Of a stretch of DNA of 64,000 bases, positions 53,786-61,667 are shown piece after piece. The notes beneath the pieces were generated by a model. That model was not told the origin of the DNA and searched no databases. It saw nothing but the letters and a program-made list of their open reading frames with translations. The translations under genes were made by a program, and so were the position numbers. The stretch comes from a virus (lineage: Duplodnaviria > Caudoviricetes): IMG/VR virus record IMGVR_UViG_3300027672_001796. One strand, 5' to 3'. How positions within the stretch are numbered: position 1 is the first letter of the stretch; each line of letters begins with the position of its first letter.

Positions 53786-54313
53786 ATGTCAAAGTTAGTA
53801 ATTCAAACACAATATAGAGAGAACTATTCAGCTCATAACGAGGACTATGTGTCCGGAGTTAGTGCTGACCATTGGAAGTTCAAGGGTGGTTCTACTTATG
53901 TGGTTGAGAACCTCACGCCTGCTCAGGCAATGAAGATTGGAGTACACGGTATTCCAACTCTTACGGATATGATAGCATATTCAAACCCAGCTTCAGAAGA
54001 ATACATTCTGGATTACGAGGTTGTTGAGGACGACAATGCGCCTGTTTGTGAAGAGTGGGAAACTCCTTATGTACTAGAGTATGACACAGACATCAAACGA
54101 TGGAGAGCTACTAAGTTCACTTTCAATGGTGACATGGGTTATATGAAGAACGACATCATCAGCAAAACAGAAAGCTGGTTAGTTGTTGCCGAAGAAGGCG
54201 GCAGTGGTCGTGAAGACTACAAGGCATTGTACACAATGTCAGATGGTCATACTGGATTAGGCGACTCTTTTCTAAGAGAGTGGTTTGCCCAAAACGAAAA
54301 AGAAGACTCGTAA
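53786..54313 (+). CDS. Hypothetical early protein
   Basis: AGGAG RBS; KLVIQTQYRENY...HWKFKGG. Confidence 0.75.
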   Translation: MSKLVIQTQYRENYSAHNEDYVSGVSADHWKFKGGSTYVVENLTPAQAMKIGVHGIPTLTDMIAYSNPASEEYILDYEVVEDDNAPVCEEWETPYVLEYDTDIKRWRATKFTFNGDMGYMKNDIISKTESWLVVAEEGGSGREDYKALYTMSDGHTGLGDSFLREWFAQNEKEDS

Positions 54314-54337
54314 GCGTTCTTGCTTACAAATTAATAT

Positions 54338-54414
54338 ACGCTCTTAGCTCAGCTGGATAGAGCAACAGCCTTCTAAGCTGTGGGTCAGTGGTTCGAATCC
54401 ACTAGGGCGTACCA
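54338..54414 (+). tRNA. trnR: tRNA-Arg(UCU)
   Basis: ACGCTCT/AGGGCGT, anticodon loop CTTCTAA, GTTCGAA, CCA. Confidence 0.95.
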
Positions 54415-54442
54415 AAAACGTAACATTAATAAGGAAAGTAAA

Positions 54443-54679
54443 ATGGAAGTAGACGTGCAACAGCAGATAACATTTGTTGACTACAAGTTTGTCCGAAACT
54501 GGCAAAATGGTGGTAACGTTATTATATTCGACAAGGAATTATCAATGGAACAAATGGATGTTCAAATTGGTGATAGCTTTGTAGTAGATATTCGTGATGA
54601 CCAAGTTTGCTTTGTGGCAGTAGATTTTCAAGAGGAGTTGGAGAAAGAATATAGCCAGCTAGACTTGTTTTCTTCTTAG
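54443..54679 (+). CDS. Hypothetical 78-aa acidic protein
   Basis: AAGGA RBS, ATG 54443 (the 54380 start overlaps the tRNA and is rejected). Confidence 0.65.
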   Translation: MEVDVQQQITFVDYKFVRNWQNGGNVIIFDKELSMEQMDVQIGDSFVVDIRDDQVCFVAVDFQEELEKEYSQLDLFSS

Positions 54680-54730
54680 GCAACAGAGGGATGCCTCTGA
54701 AACATAAACTTATATGAGAAAGTTTTGATA

Positions 54731-54815
54731 GCCCGAGTGGTGAAATAGGTAAACACAGTAGACTTAAAATCTGCCGCCGACAGGCTTGACGGTTCGATTC
54801 CGTCCTCGGGCACCA
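54731..54815 (+). tRNA. trnL: tRNA-Leu(UAA)
   Basis: GCCCGAG/CTCGGGC, anticodon loop CTTAAAA, long variable arm, GTTCGAT, CCA. Confidence 0.95.
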
Positions 54816-54820
54816 AACTA

Positions 54821-54858
54821 AGTAGGTCTCATTGCCCTACTATAAATAATCGAATGAG
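54821..54858 (+). promoter_or_regulatory. H-type pseudoknot resembling a preQ1-I aptamer, overlapping a TATAAATA late promoter (54841-54848)
   Basis: AGTAGG/CCTACT stem, loop TCTCATTGC, A-rich tail, CTCATT/AATGAG second stem. Confidence 0.4.
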
Positions 54859-54964
54859 TGGTGCACTCGGCCCCTTGGGTTTTATTCCCCAAGTAAAATA
54901 ATTGAATGAATGGTGCCCAGGTATAGGCAACACATAATTATTATTAACTAGCATAAGGAGAAGC

Positions 54965-55138
54965 ATGGCATTGAATAAATCAGAGAGTACTATCAAACGA
55001 GAGAAGGAAGAGTCTGATCGTTTGGTCCAGGAGTATTTAGATAGAGGCGGCAAGGTAACAGTTTGCGAACCTTTTGCTATTTCTCCACCAAGTGAAAACC
55101 CACCCAATAAGTGGGGAGCAAAAAAGAAAGCAGACTGA
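54965..55138 (+). CDS. 57-aa SutA-like RNA-polymerase-binding protein (not in ORF track)
   Basis: TAAGGAG RBS; KEESDRLVQEYLDRGGKVTVCEP...PPNKWG resembles the recalled SutA core ERDAL...EEFLSRGGKVQEIEP...PDSKYG. Confidence 0.65.
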   Translation: MALNKSESTIKREKEESDRLVQEYLDRGGKVTVCEPFAISPPSENPPNKWGAKKKAD

Positions 55139-55173
55139 TGGACCGAAACAATAACCCTGACACCGTAAATTCA

Positions 55174-55181
55174 CATAAATA
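55174..55181 (+). promoter_or_regulatory. Late promoter, 5 nt before ATG
   Basis: CATAAATA-gtagc-ATG. Confidence 0.55.
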
Positions 55182-55186
55182 GTAGC

Positions 55187-55699
55187 ATGAAAGAATTTAT
55201 AAAAAGTGCAGGGTTATTGTTAGGTTGCATTGCTCTTGCAAGATTCATTGACTTGCCAGCAAATGTAACGCCATTTATGGCAATGGCAGTCTTTATGCCA
55301 TACATGACAAGCAATCGCTTGTTACAACTAGCACTTCCAACTACACTATTGTTTGCCACAGACCTTATAATTGGGCTATATGGACCGCTTATGCTGTTTG
55401 TATACGGCACTATGCTCCTCACAGGGCTCTTGTCTCGGCTTTTACATAAGGATAACATACAAACACTACTGGGTACTTCTGTGTTAAGTGTTGTTTTATG
55501 GCACTTTATTGTTAACGGAGCAGTGGTATTCTTTGGTAGTGGCTTTGGCCCATTAACACCAGAAGCATTATTGTTTGATATACGATTGCTTGTAAGTACA
55601 CTTGTATTTTCAAGTATGTTTTATGGAGTAAGGAGTTTGTTTACACAAGAACAAGCAGATATAATACAAATAAGTGAATATAAAAATGTCAGACTTTAA
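55187..55699 (+). CDS. Multi-pass membrane protein, ECF S-component-like (DUF6580/CblT-type)
   Basis: About five hydrophobic helices; ARF..LPANVTP..AMAVF, L..TDLIIG.Y, W..IVN, FDIRLLVSTL.FS. Confidence 0.55.
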   Translation: MKEFIKSAGLLLGCIALARFIDLPANVTPFMAMAVFMPYMTSNRLLQLALPTTLLFATDLIIGLYGPLMLFVYGTMLLTGLLSRLLHKDNIQTLLGTSVLSVVLWHFIVNGAVVFFGSGFGPLTPEALLFDIRLLVSTLVFSSMFYGVRSLFTQEQADIIQISEYKNVRL

Positions 55700-56234
55700 A
55701 TTAGATTTAGTTGATGCTAGGAATCCAGCACTTCATACAGTAGCAAGTGTTAATCCATTTGACGACAAAGAAGCAAATTGGGAAGAACGTGAACAAGAGA
55801 TGTTTGGACTTATGGAAAGACGTATGGGAGTTGGCTTAGCCTCTCCACAGATAGGCATGGGTTATAGAATGTTTGTAATGACATTCGAATCAGGCGAAAA
55901 TATCGGGATATACAATCCAGAAATTATAGAATCGAGTGACGAAACAGCACCAATGGAAGAAGGATGTTTAACATTCCCATTATTGTATTTTATTGTTACT
56001 AGACCAGCAAAAGTTAAAGTTAAATTTCAAACAACAGATGGCACAGAAGTTGAAGATTGGTTAGAAGGTAGAGATGCAAGATGCTTTCAACACGAGTTAG
56101 ACCACTTAAACGGTAAACTATACCTAGAGTATGCAAGTGACATGAAACTTAAACGTGCAATGAAGAAACGTGATAAACTGTTTAATACGTTCAAGTTGGA
56201 CCAGGACTTGCAACGATTAGATAATGAGTCTTAA
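55686..56234 (+). CDS. def: Peptide deformylase
   Basis: GVGLASPQIG, EEGCLT, FQHELDHLNG. Confidence 0.95.
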   Translation: MSDFKLDLVDARNPALHTVASVNPFDDKEANWEEREQEMFGLMERRMGVGLASPQIGMGYRMFVMTFESGENIGIYNPEIIESSDETAPMEEGCLTFPLLYFIVTRPAKVKVKFQTTDGTEVEDWLEGRDARCFQHELDHLNGKLYLEYASDMKLKRAMKKRDKLFNTFKLDQDLQRLDNES

Positions 56235-57072
56235 TTACCCGTTCTGGGTAAATGACTTTGATAGAGTTAGAGACTACAAAGAACAATTCCCACTAGCAAC
56301 TAAAATATTTGAAAACCCAGTTTCTTTTTGGTACGGCAGTCGTAACGGAAAAGAGATGGAACAAATTGACTACAGCCTTCAACGTCTATTGCGTAGAACG
56401 GCTCCTCAGTTGCCCGTATTAGTCGTGTACAACATGCCTAATAGAGATGTGGGGCAATACAGTAAAGGTGGTGCTACAACAAGGGAAAGTTATTTGGATT
56501 TTCTTAAGAGTTTTGCTGATGGCATAGGTAGTAACAAGCCTATTCTTATATTCGAACCAGATAGTTTAACTCACACAGGTGATATGAATGATGTTGAAGC
56601 ACAGGACCGTATAAGTTTAATGAAAGAAGGCTTACAATTACTCACAGACAATTGTGATGCATTAGTATATATTGATATAGGGCATAGTAATTGGCTTAGT
56701 CCAGCTGAAGCATCTAAGTTGTTGGATAAAGTAACAAATCATAAGGTCAGAGGTTTTGCAGTTAATGTAAGTAACTACAGAACAACAAAAGAGAGTATGG
56801 AATGGAGTTTAAAACTTTGTGAACATAGACCAAATGATTATTTTGTTATAGACACTAGTCGTAATGGCAATGGCCCACATGGCAATGAGTGGTGTAACCC
56901 ACCAGGTAGAGCAGTAGGTGAAGAACCAACATGTGATACTGGTGAAGAACAATGTGATGCATTCCTATGGATTAAAATACCCGGTGAAAGTGATGGCAAA
57001 CTAAACAATGGTCCTAGAGCTGGAAGGTTCTGGGGAGAAATGGCGGAGGATTTAGTAAAAAATGTTAATTAA
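56224..57072 (+). CDS. Glycoside hydrolase family 6 (cellulase-like) catalytic domain
   Basis: VYNMPNRD, IFEPDSL, YIDIGHSNWL, RGFAVNVSNY, FVIDTSRNG, WCNPPGRAVG, DAFLWIKIPGESDG. Confidence 0.9.
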   Translation: MSLNYPFWVNDFDRVRDYKEQFPLATKIFENPVSFWYGSRNGKEMEQIDYSLQRLLRRTAPQLPVLVVYNMPNRDVGQYSKGGATTRESYLDFLKSFADGIGSNKPILIFEPDSLTHTGDMNDVEAQDRISLMKEGLQLLTDNCDALVYIDIGHSNWLSPAEASKLLDKVTNHKVRGFAVNVSNYRTTKESMEWSLKLCEHRPNDYFVIDTSRNGNGPHGNEWCNPPGRAVGEEPTCDTGEEQCDAFLWIKIPGESDGKLNNGPRAGRFWGEMAEDLVKNVN

Positions 57073-57652
57073 ATATACTGATCCGTGGGTACATTATGTA
57101 TGGGAAGACTTCCTCACATTTGACGAACAAAAATACCTTTATGACCGATGCTTAGATGAGTTGCCTAAAGAAGAATACGAATCAAACGAGATGTTTTACT
57201 TAAATAACGAGTTACAAAACAATGCGGGTGTACAAGCAGTGAATTATGACTCTGTACTAGAAACTAAGATACAATCACAACTACTTCAAATGAGTAATCA
57301 ATTAGAATATGTAGACAAAGGTAAATGGAGCGTAAGTTATAATATTACTAAAAACTTTAAAGACAAACAGTTATTCCCACATAACGATGACTATGAAAAG
57401 TTAGGTCAATATGGTGCTGGAATGCTTAAAGTATTAGTATACTTGGGCAATGGCACAGACGATTATACTGACTGGGGTACTAAGTTATACACTGAAGATA
57501 ACAACGTAGATAGTTTTAAGAAAGAAATTAATTTCCAGCCTGGAACATGTTTTTTATTCGAAGCGAATAAATATTCATACCACGGAACAGAATTTACTAA
57601 TGGTATCAATGGGTACCGATTTATGCTAGGAGCAGAATATGTCAATAAATAG
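57062..57652 (+). CDS. 2OG-Fe(II) oxygenase-like protein
   Basis: PHNDD, VLVYL, WGTKLY, F.PG..FLF, SYHG, R. Confidence 0.75.
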   Translation: MLIKYTDPWVHYVWEDFLTFDEQKYLYDRCLDELPKEEYESNEMFYLNNELQNNAGVQAVNYDSVLETKIQSQLLQMSNQLEYVDKGKWSVSYNITKNFKDKQLFPHNDDYEKLGQYGAGMLKVLVYLGNGTDDYTDWGTKLYTEDNNVDSFKKEINFQPGTCFLFEANKYSYHGTEFTNGINGYRFMLGAEYVNK

Positions 57653-57971
57653 AATTAAGAATACATTCGCAATGATATGCTGGCTTGGATATGCATCATT
57701 ATCCACATGCTATACAGCACCAGCCAATGCCGAAGAAGTTCCAGTTCAATGGCAGACATGTGCGGCTTGTCATGGCGCACAAGGACAAGGACAAGGAATG
57801 TTTCCTAAGTTAGCAGGACAAACTCCAGACTATCTATCTGGTAGACTAACAGCATACAAGAACAAAGAAAAGGTTGGCATGAATAGCTCTATGATGTGGG
57901 GCATGTCTGCACAATTATCTGACCAGGACATAAAAGCATTGTCAGAATACATATCAACATTGGGGAAATAA
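57639..57971 (+). CDS. Secreted monohaem c-type cytochrome (c553/c4-domain-like)
   Basis: Signal peptide ending ANA-EE; CAACHG; PKLAGQ..DYL...L..YK; axial Met in SSMMWGM; LSDQDI.AL..YI. Confidence 0.9.
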   Translation: MSINRIKNTFAMICWLGYASLSTCYTAPANAEEVPVQWQTCAACHGAQGQGQGMFPKLAGQTPDYLSGRLTAYKNKEKVGMNSSMMWGMSAQLSDQDIKALSEYISTLGK

Positions 57972-58642
57972 TGGATAGTTATTGGGAATGGAATAAAGAA
58001 AACTTTGATTGGCACTATGATCCTAGTAGTAAACAAAAGGATGTAACGTATGTTGGTAGATTCGTACACGAAAACTTAGAAGCAGTAGTTCAAAGTACAG
58101 TTGACCTTTTAACAGATGAAGATTACTATAACGAAGTTAGTATTAAGGGCGAGCCATATAACGAAGAAGCTAGAGAGATTATGGAAGGTTACCATAACGA
58201 TTTAACTAGAGCAGGATTTAACGAACATAACACTGGTGGCAGACAAACTAGACAAAACTTGAATACATTATTTCAAATAATGGCACAGGCATCTGGTTTA
58301 TGGAATCCCCAGATAATGTTTTTAGAACAACCTCCCGGAAAGTTTGTACCTTGGCATAGAGATGCATACAATAACTATAGACGAAACTTTGCTAAAGTAA
58401 ACGACGATACAGAGGTTATTAGATACCTTGTACAACTGAATGACTGGCAATGGGGTCATTATGTTAGTGTTGGCAACGAAGTAATACATCAATATAAAAT
58501 GGGCGATATACATTGTTGGCCCGAGGGTATATATCATGCTACAGGTAATGCTGGGTTATGGCCCAGATATGCATTAACGATTACAGGGTGTGTTGGTCCA
58601 GACAGTTTACATTTAAAAACGCCAAAACAGTATAATTTATGA
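57971..58642 (+). CDS. Cupin/DSBH oxygenase-like protein
   Basis: PGKFVPWHRD, W..GIYHATGNAGLWPRYALTITG. Confidence 0.7.
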   Translation: MDSYWEWNKENFDWHYDPSSKQKDVTYVGRFVHENLEAVVQSTVDLLTDEDYYNEVSIKGEPYNEEAREIMEGYHNDLTRAGFNEHNTGGRQTRQNLNTLFQIMAQASGLWNPQIMFLEQPPGKFVPWHRDAYNNYRRNFAKVNDDTEVIRYLVQLNDWQWGHYVSVGNEVIHQYKMGDIHCWPEGIYHATGNAGLWPRYALTITGCVGPDSLHLKTPKQYNL

Positions 58643-59328
58643 ACGCATTTAAAAAAATAAATGTTGAGTTTGATTACATTAAACTTCGTAATGATGTTTC
58701 TAATGTAACTAAGCAAATAAAAGCAGAAGCAGTAGGCACAGCATCAGAAGGACAGTCTACTAGAAATATATGTTTAACAGTACCCACACAAGATAGCGAT
58801 GACTGGACAGATGGTAGTGCTGGTAAAACTTATGCTAATAATCAACAAACACGATACGATTTAAAAACACAATTCGATGCAAATGCAAATGAAATGATAG
58901 ATGAGCATTTGTACATACACCCTATTAGTCAAATTAAAGGAACATACTTAGAAGAATTTATAAACAGTTTTGATGATGTGTATAGATGGCGCATAAGTAT
59001 GCTACCACCAAGAACAACATTAAGTATACACAAAGACGGAAGTCCTATGATGTCTACTTTTAACAGCAATGGTGCTATTTTAGATTGGAGATTACATTTT
59101 CCGATTACTACTAACAACAGATGCTTTTTAGTTAATTGGCCTGAGCACTTTACTACACCCAAAGAAGATGGCGAAACAGTTCCTCTAGAAATGGCGCATT
59201 TTAAAGCAGGTAGTAGTTATTTGCTGAATACTAGCATGACTCATTGTGCAACGAACTACAGTAATGTAGAACGTATACACTTAATTGCTAGTTTAGGTTC
59301 TGAGTCTACTAAGAATTTTTCTGTATAA
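58639..59328 (+). CDS. Aspartyl/asparaginyl beta-hydroxylase-like oxygenase
   Basis: RISMLPPRTTLSIHKD, RLHFPITTN, LNTSMTHCATNYSNVERIHLI. Confidence 0.75.
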   Translation: MNAFKKINVEFDYIKLRNDVSNVTKQIKAEAVGTASEGQSTRNICLTVPTQDSDDWTDGSAGKTYANNQQTRYDLKTQFDANANEMIDEHLYIHPISQIKGTYLEEFINSFDDVYRWRISMLPPRTTLSIHKDGSPMMSTFNSNGAILDWRLHFPITTNNRCFLVNWPEHFTTPKEDGETVPLEMAHFKAGSSYLLNTSMTHCATNYSNVERIHLIASLGSESTKNFSV

Positions 59329-60058
59329 CAAACGGATTTTGAATACTCCACATAGGCGGTAGTCTTCTAGTTGTTACTGTAGCGTCTGGAAATGCTGTTT
59401 GAGCTCTTTGTGTTAAATAGTCGTTATTCCAAAACCATGTGTAGTGTTGAGCTTCTAGTACAGCATCATCGCCTGTAGTAGGTACTCTATCTATATTAAT
59501 TCTAGAATCGTCATTATTAATTAAACAGAACACATTACTGTTTTCAGTCTTTTCAACAATCTCATTATCTAACATACCATATTCATGTGTACGTCTTACA
59601 ATAAAATAGTTAAGTGCAACTTCTCTTAAGAACACACTAAAGATAACTGTTCCACCTGGATTCAAGTGTTCGTAACATTCATCTAACTGACGAAAAAGTA
59701 TTTCAGGATCTTCGTTTGCTGTTTTCATGTAAGTAAAGATTAAATCAAACTTCTCATCTCCACTCCATGGTAGAGGAGCGTCAATATCTCCGCCTGGATT
59801 ATTCATTTGGTTATGAATGTTCCATGCTCTAAAATCTGCATCGGGAAAGTCTTCTATACCCAGGTCTAATGCTTCCTGGTCATATTCAAATACTGTATAG
59901 TTTTCTTCTTCTACTAGATTCTCTGGATCATTAAGTAGTGTACCAGCATTGCCGTACAATTCTAATACTTTTGCTGTAGATAAATCTATTGTGATATTTG
60001 CACTTGCTAGTGCTGTTGATACGAAACTGTGCTTAGGCACATAGGCTTCAATTGTCAT
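59309..60058 (-). CDS. Class I methyltransferase-like protein (similar to 51478-52275)
   Basis: VLELYGNAG, VFEYD, KFDLIFTY, HLNPGGTVIFS. Confidence 0.7.
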   Translation of the reverse strand: MTIEAYVPKHSFVSTALASANITIDLSTAKVLELYGNAGTLLNDPENLVEEENYTVFEYDQEALDLGIEDFPDADFRAWNIHNQMNNPGGDIDAPLPWSGDEKFDLIFTYMKTANEDPEILFRQLDECYEHLNPGGTVIFSVFLREVALNYFIVRRTHEYGMLDNEIVEKTENSNVFCLINNDDSRINIDRVPTTGDDAVLEAQHYTWFWNNDYLTQRAQTAFPDATVTTRRLPPMWSIQNPFVIQKNS

Positions 60059-60099
60059 GTGTAGTGTCCTTGGTTACTTATTTACTTAATTACAGTAAC

Positions 60100-60107
60100 T
60101 ATTTATA
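60100..60107 (-). promoter_or_regulatory. Late promoter TATAAATA
   Basis: tatttata on +, upstream of AGGA RBS and the 60058 start. Confidence 0.55.
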
Positions 60108-60738
60108 TGCCGATACCGACATCACCACCAAAGTCTTGAACATCTTGTTCAAAATCTGCAGGATCTATTGTTACTGGAGATAAAACTTTTGGAAAAACAT
60201 GGCATGGTACACATTGTGATGCACCAGCTCTTATAACTTCACCGGTAGTTGAATGTTTAAGCCATACTGTGCCAAACATTGAATTTTCTGTTGCAACATT
60301 TGATGAAGCAACCATTTCCCAATCCCATCGTTCTTGCACATTAGCAGGAATACCCATTCTGTTAACCATGATCCTGTCTTCTCTATTATTAGGACCCAGA
60401 CCAGGCATGAACTCGGTGGTTATGAATGTTCCGTCTCTTTGTTGGAAACTTCTGATATCACTTTCATGCAGATCTTCTCCCAATTCTTCTGGATATGTCG
60501 AAACTAGCCAATGCAATTCTTCTGGCCATTCATCATTACCATCTGGGTCAACTGGTGGGGATTGGCTAGGTGCCAAATAGTCTTCTGGCATGTGAGGGAA
60601 TTGTCTAAGTCTTGTGGTTTCTACGTTATCAACGTATTTGTATATATTTTGACCGCCATCTACAGTAGTATATCGTAGATTGTCAATTTCAAAGGTTAAT
60701 CGGTTTTGTGTGTAGTCTATTACCCAATCCAACTGCAT
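60103..60738 (-). CDS. Hypothetical acidic protein
   Basis: 211-aa ORF coupled to the upstream gene. Confidence 0.65.
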   Translation of the reverse strand: MQLDWVIDYTQNRLTFEIDNLRYTTVDGGQNIYKYVDNVETTRLRQFPHMPEDYLAPSQSPPVDPDGNDEWPEELHWLVSTYPEELGEDLHESDIRSFQQRDGTFITTEFMPGLGPNNREDRIMVNRMGIPANVQERWDWEMVASSNVATENSMFGTVWLKHSTTGEVIRAGASQCVPCHVFPKVLSPVTIDPADFEQDVQDFGGDVGIGI

Positions 60739-60739
60739 G

Positions 60740-61666
60740 TTAAACTCCTGAAGGGTTTATGTCTTGTAATTCTTGTTCTTGATCAGTATCTAATGGACTC
60801 TCTTCTTCAGGTGCATGTAGTTCACCGTCTAAATAGTGTTTTGCAGATGAAAGGTATTCTCCTGCTTTAACTATTTTGGCTTGCCACCAATGAGGGAAGT
60901 CACCGTCCGGTAACTTATCTAGCATTTTATATAAATCAACACTATACTTGCCCATTTTAAATAATTCTTTTCTAAGCATATCTGCTTCGTTATCAACATG
61001 CCCAATAACATCTTTCTCTACTGAGTCTTCTTTGATTGCATGTTTGCCTGTGCCGCCACAATGATCACAGCCTTTGCCTTTACATGATTTACATTGTTTG
61101 TATTTTGCTTCTTGCATACTTTCAGGCTTCCATATTGCAATAGCTTGGTCCATTATGCCTTTAGCTGAATCATCTGTTTCAAAACCACACTCTGTTGCAA
61201 AATCCATAGATGAACTATAATACATGTCATCTATATCAGCACCGGAATGTTGTAATTCATTTGCAATCTCTTCTGGAGTTTTGCCTAGTCTAAGTTCTTT
61301 GCCATTTACAAAAATATAGAATGATTGGTCTTCAGTACAACCAACTACACTTCTTTCTTCTTGTATTGTTTTTTCTTCCAATCCAGATAATTTTCTAAGT
61401 CTGTTTAAACCGTTAACATCTTCATGAGGATTAACTGAAGGGACCATATTAGGCTCCTGCTTTCTCATAGTCTTTTCTTGCGAGTATTCTCTTTCTAATC
61501 CAGGCATCTTAGTTTGTAGTTGCCCTAGTGTAAGTTGTGGGTATTTAGTCATTGCCCACTGAAAGAAGTTACCGATACCAAACTGTGTTCCTTGGCTGTT
61601 ATCTCGCTTTGCATCAGCTTTAGCAGATGCTGTTTTAAAGTTTAATACTTTCTTATCTTCTGGCAT
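60740..61666 (-). CDS. Probable multidomain head protein with DnaJ-type Zn-ribbon
   Basis: LRKLSGLEE; CKSCKGKGCDHCGGTG; conserved-looking DNEADM...L...L.KML...FPHWWQAKIVKA.EYL module. Confidence 0.65.
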   Translation of the reverse strand: MPEDKKVLNFKTASAKADAKRDNSQGTQFGIGNFFQWAMTKYPQLTLGQLQTKMPGLEREYSQEKTMRKQEPNMVPSVNPHEDVNGLNRLRKLSGLEEKTIQEERSVVGCTEDQSFYIFVNGKELRLGKTPEEIANELQHSGADIDDMYYSSSMDFATECGFETDDSAKGIMDQAIAIWKPESMQEAKYKQCKSCKGKGCDHCGGTGKHAIKEDSVEKDVIGHVDNEADMLRKELFKMGKYSVDLYKMLDKLPDGDFPHWWQAKIVKAGEYLSSAKHYLDGELHAPEEESPLDTDQEQELQDINPSGV

Positions 61667-61667
61667 G

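Noticed and set aside
54310-54327. Hairpin GTAAGC/GCTTAC as a terminator
   Set aside because: No U-tract follows, and read-through is needed for tRNA-Arg; probably a processing or stability hairpin.
54380-54442. ORF-track start overlapping tRNA-Arg
   Set aside because: An ATG with RBS at 54443 explains the gene; the upstream extension is tRNA sequence.
54680-54730. Hairpins upstream of tRNA-Leu (CAGAGG/CCTCTG; AAACT/AGTTT) as a hammerhead ribozyme
   Set aside because: The core CUGAnGA is absent; more likely a terminator or processing hairpin.
54860-55186. Cobalamin riboswitch upstream of the ECF-like gene
   Set aside because: No B12-box (GGGAA...GCCCCCGCAACUGU) elements found; the gene appears leaderless.
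60190-60215. CxxCH (CVPCH) haem motif in the 60103-60738 minus-strand ORF
   Set aside because: No signal peptide or cytochrome-like helical context; likely incidental.
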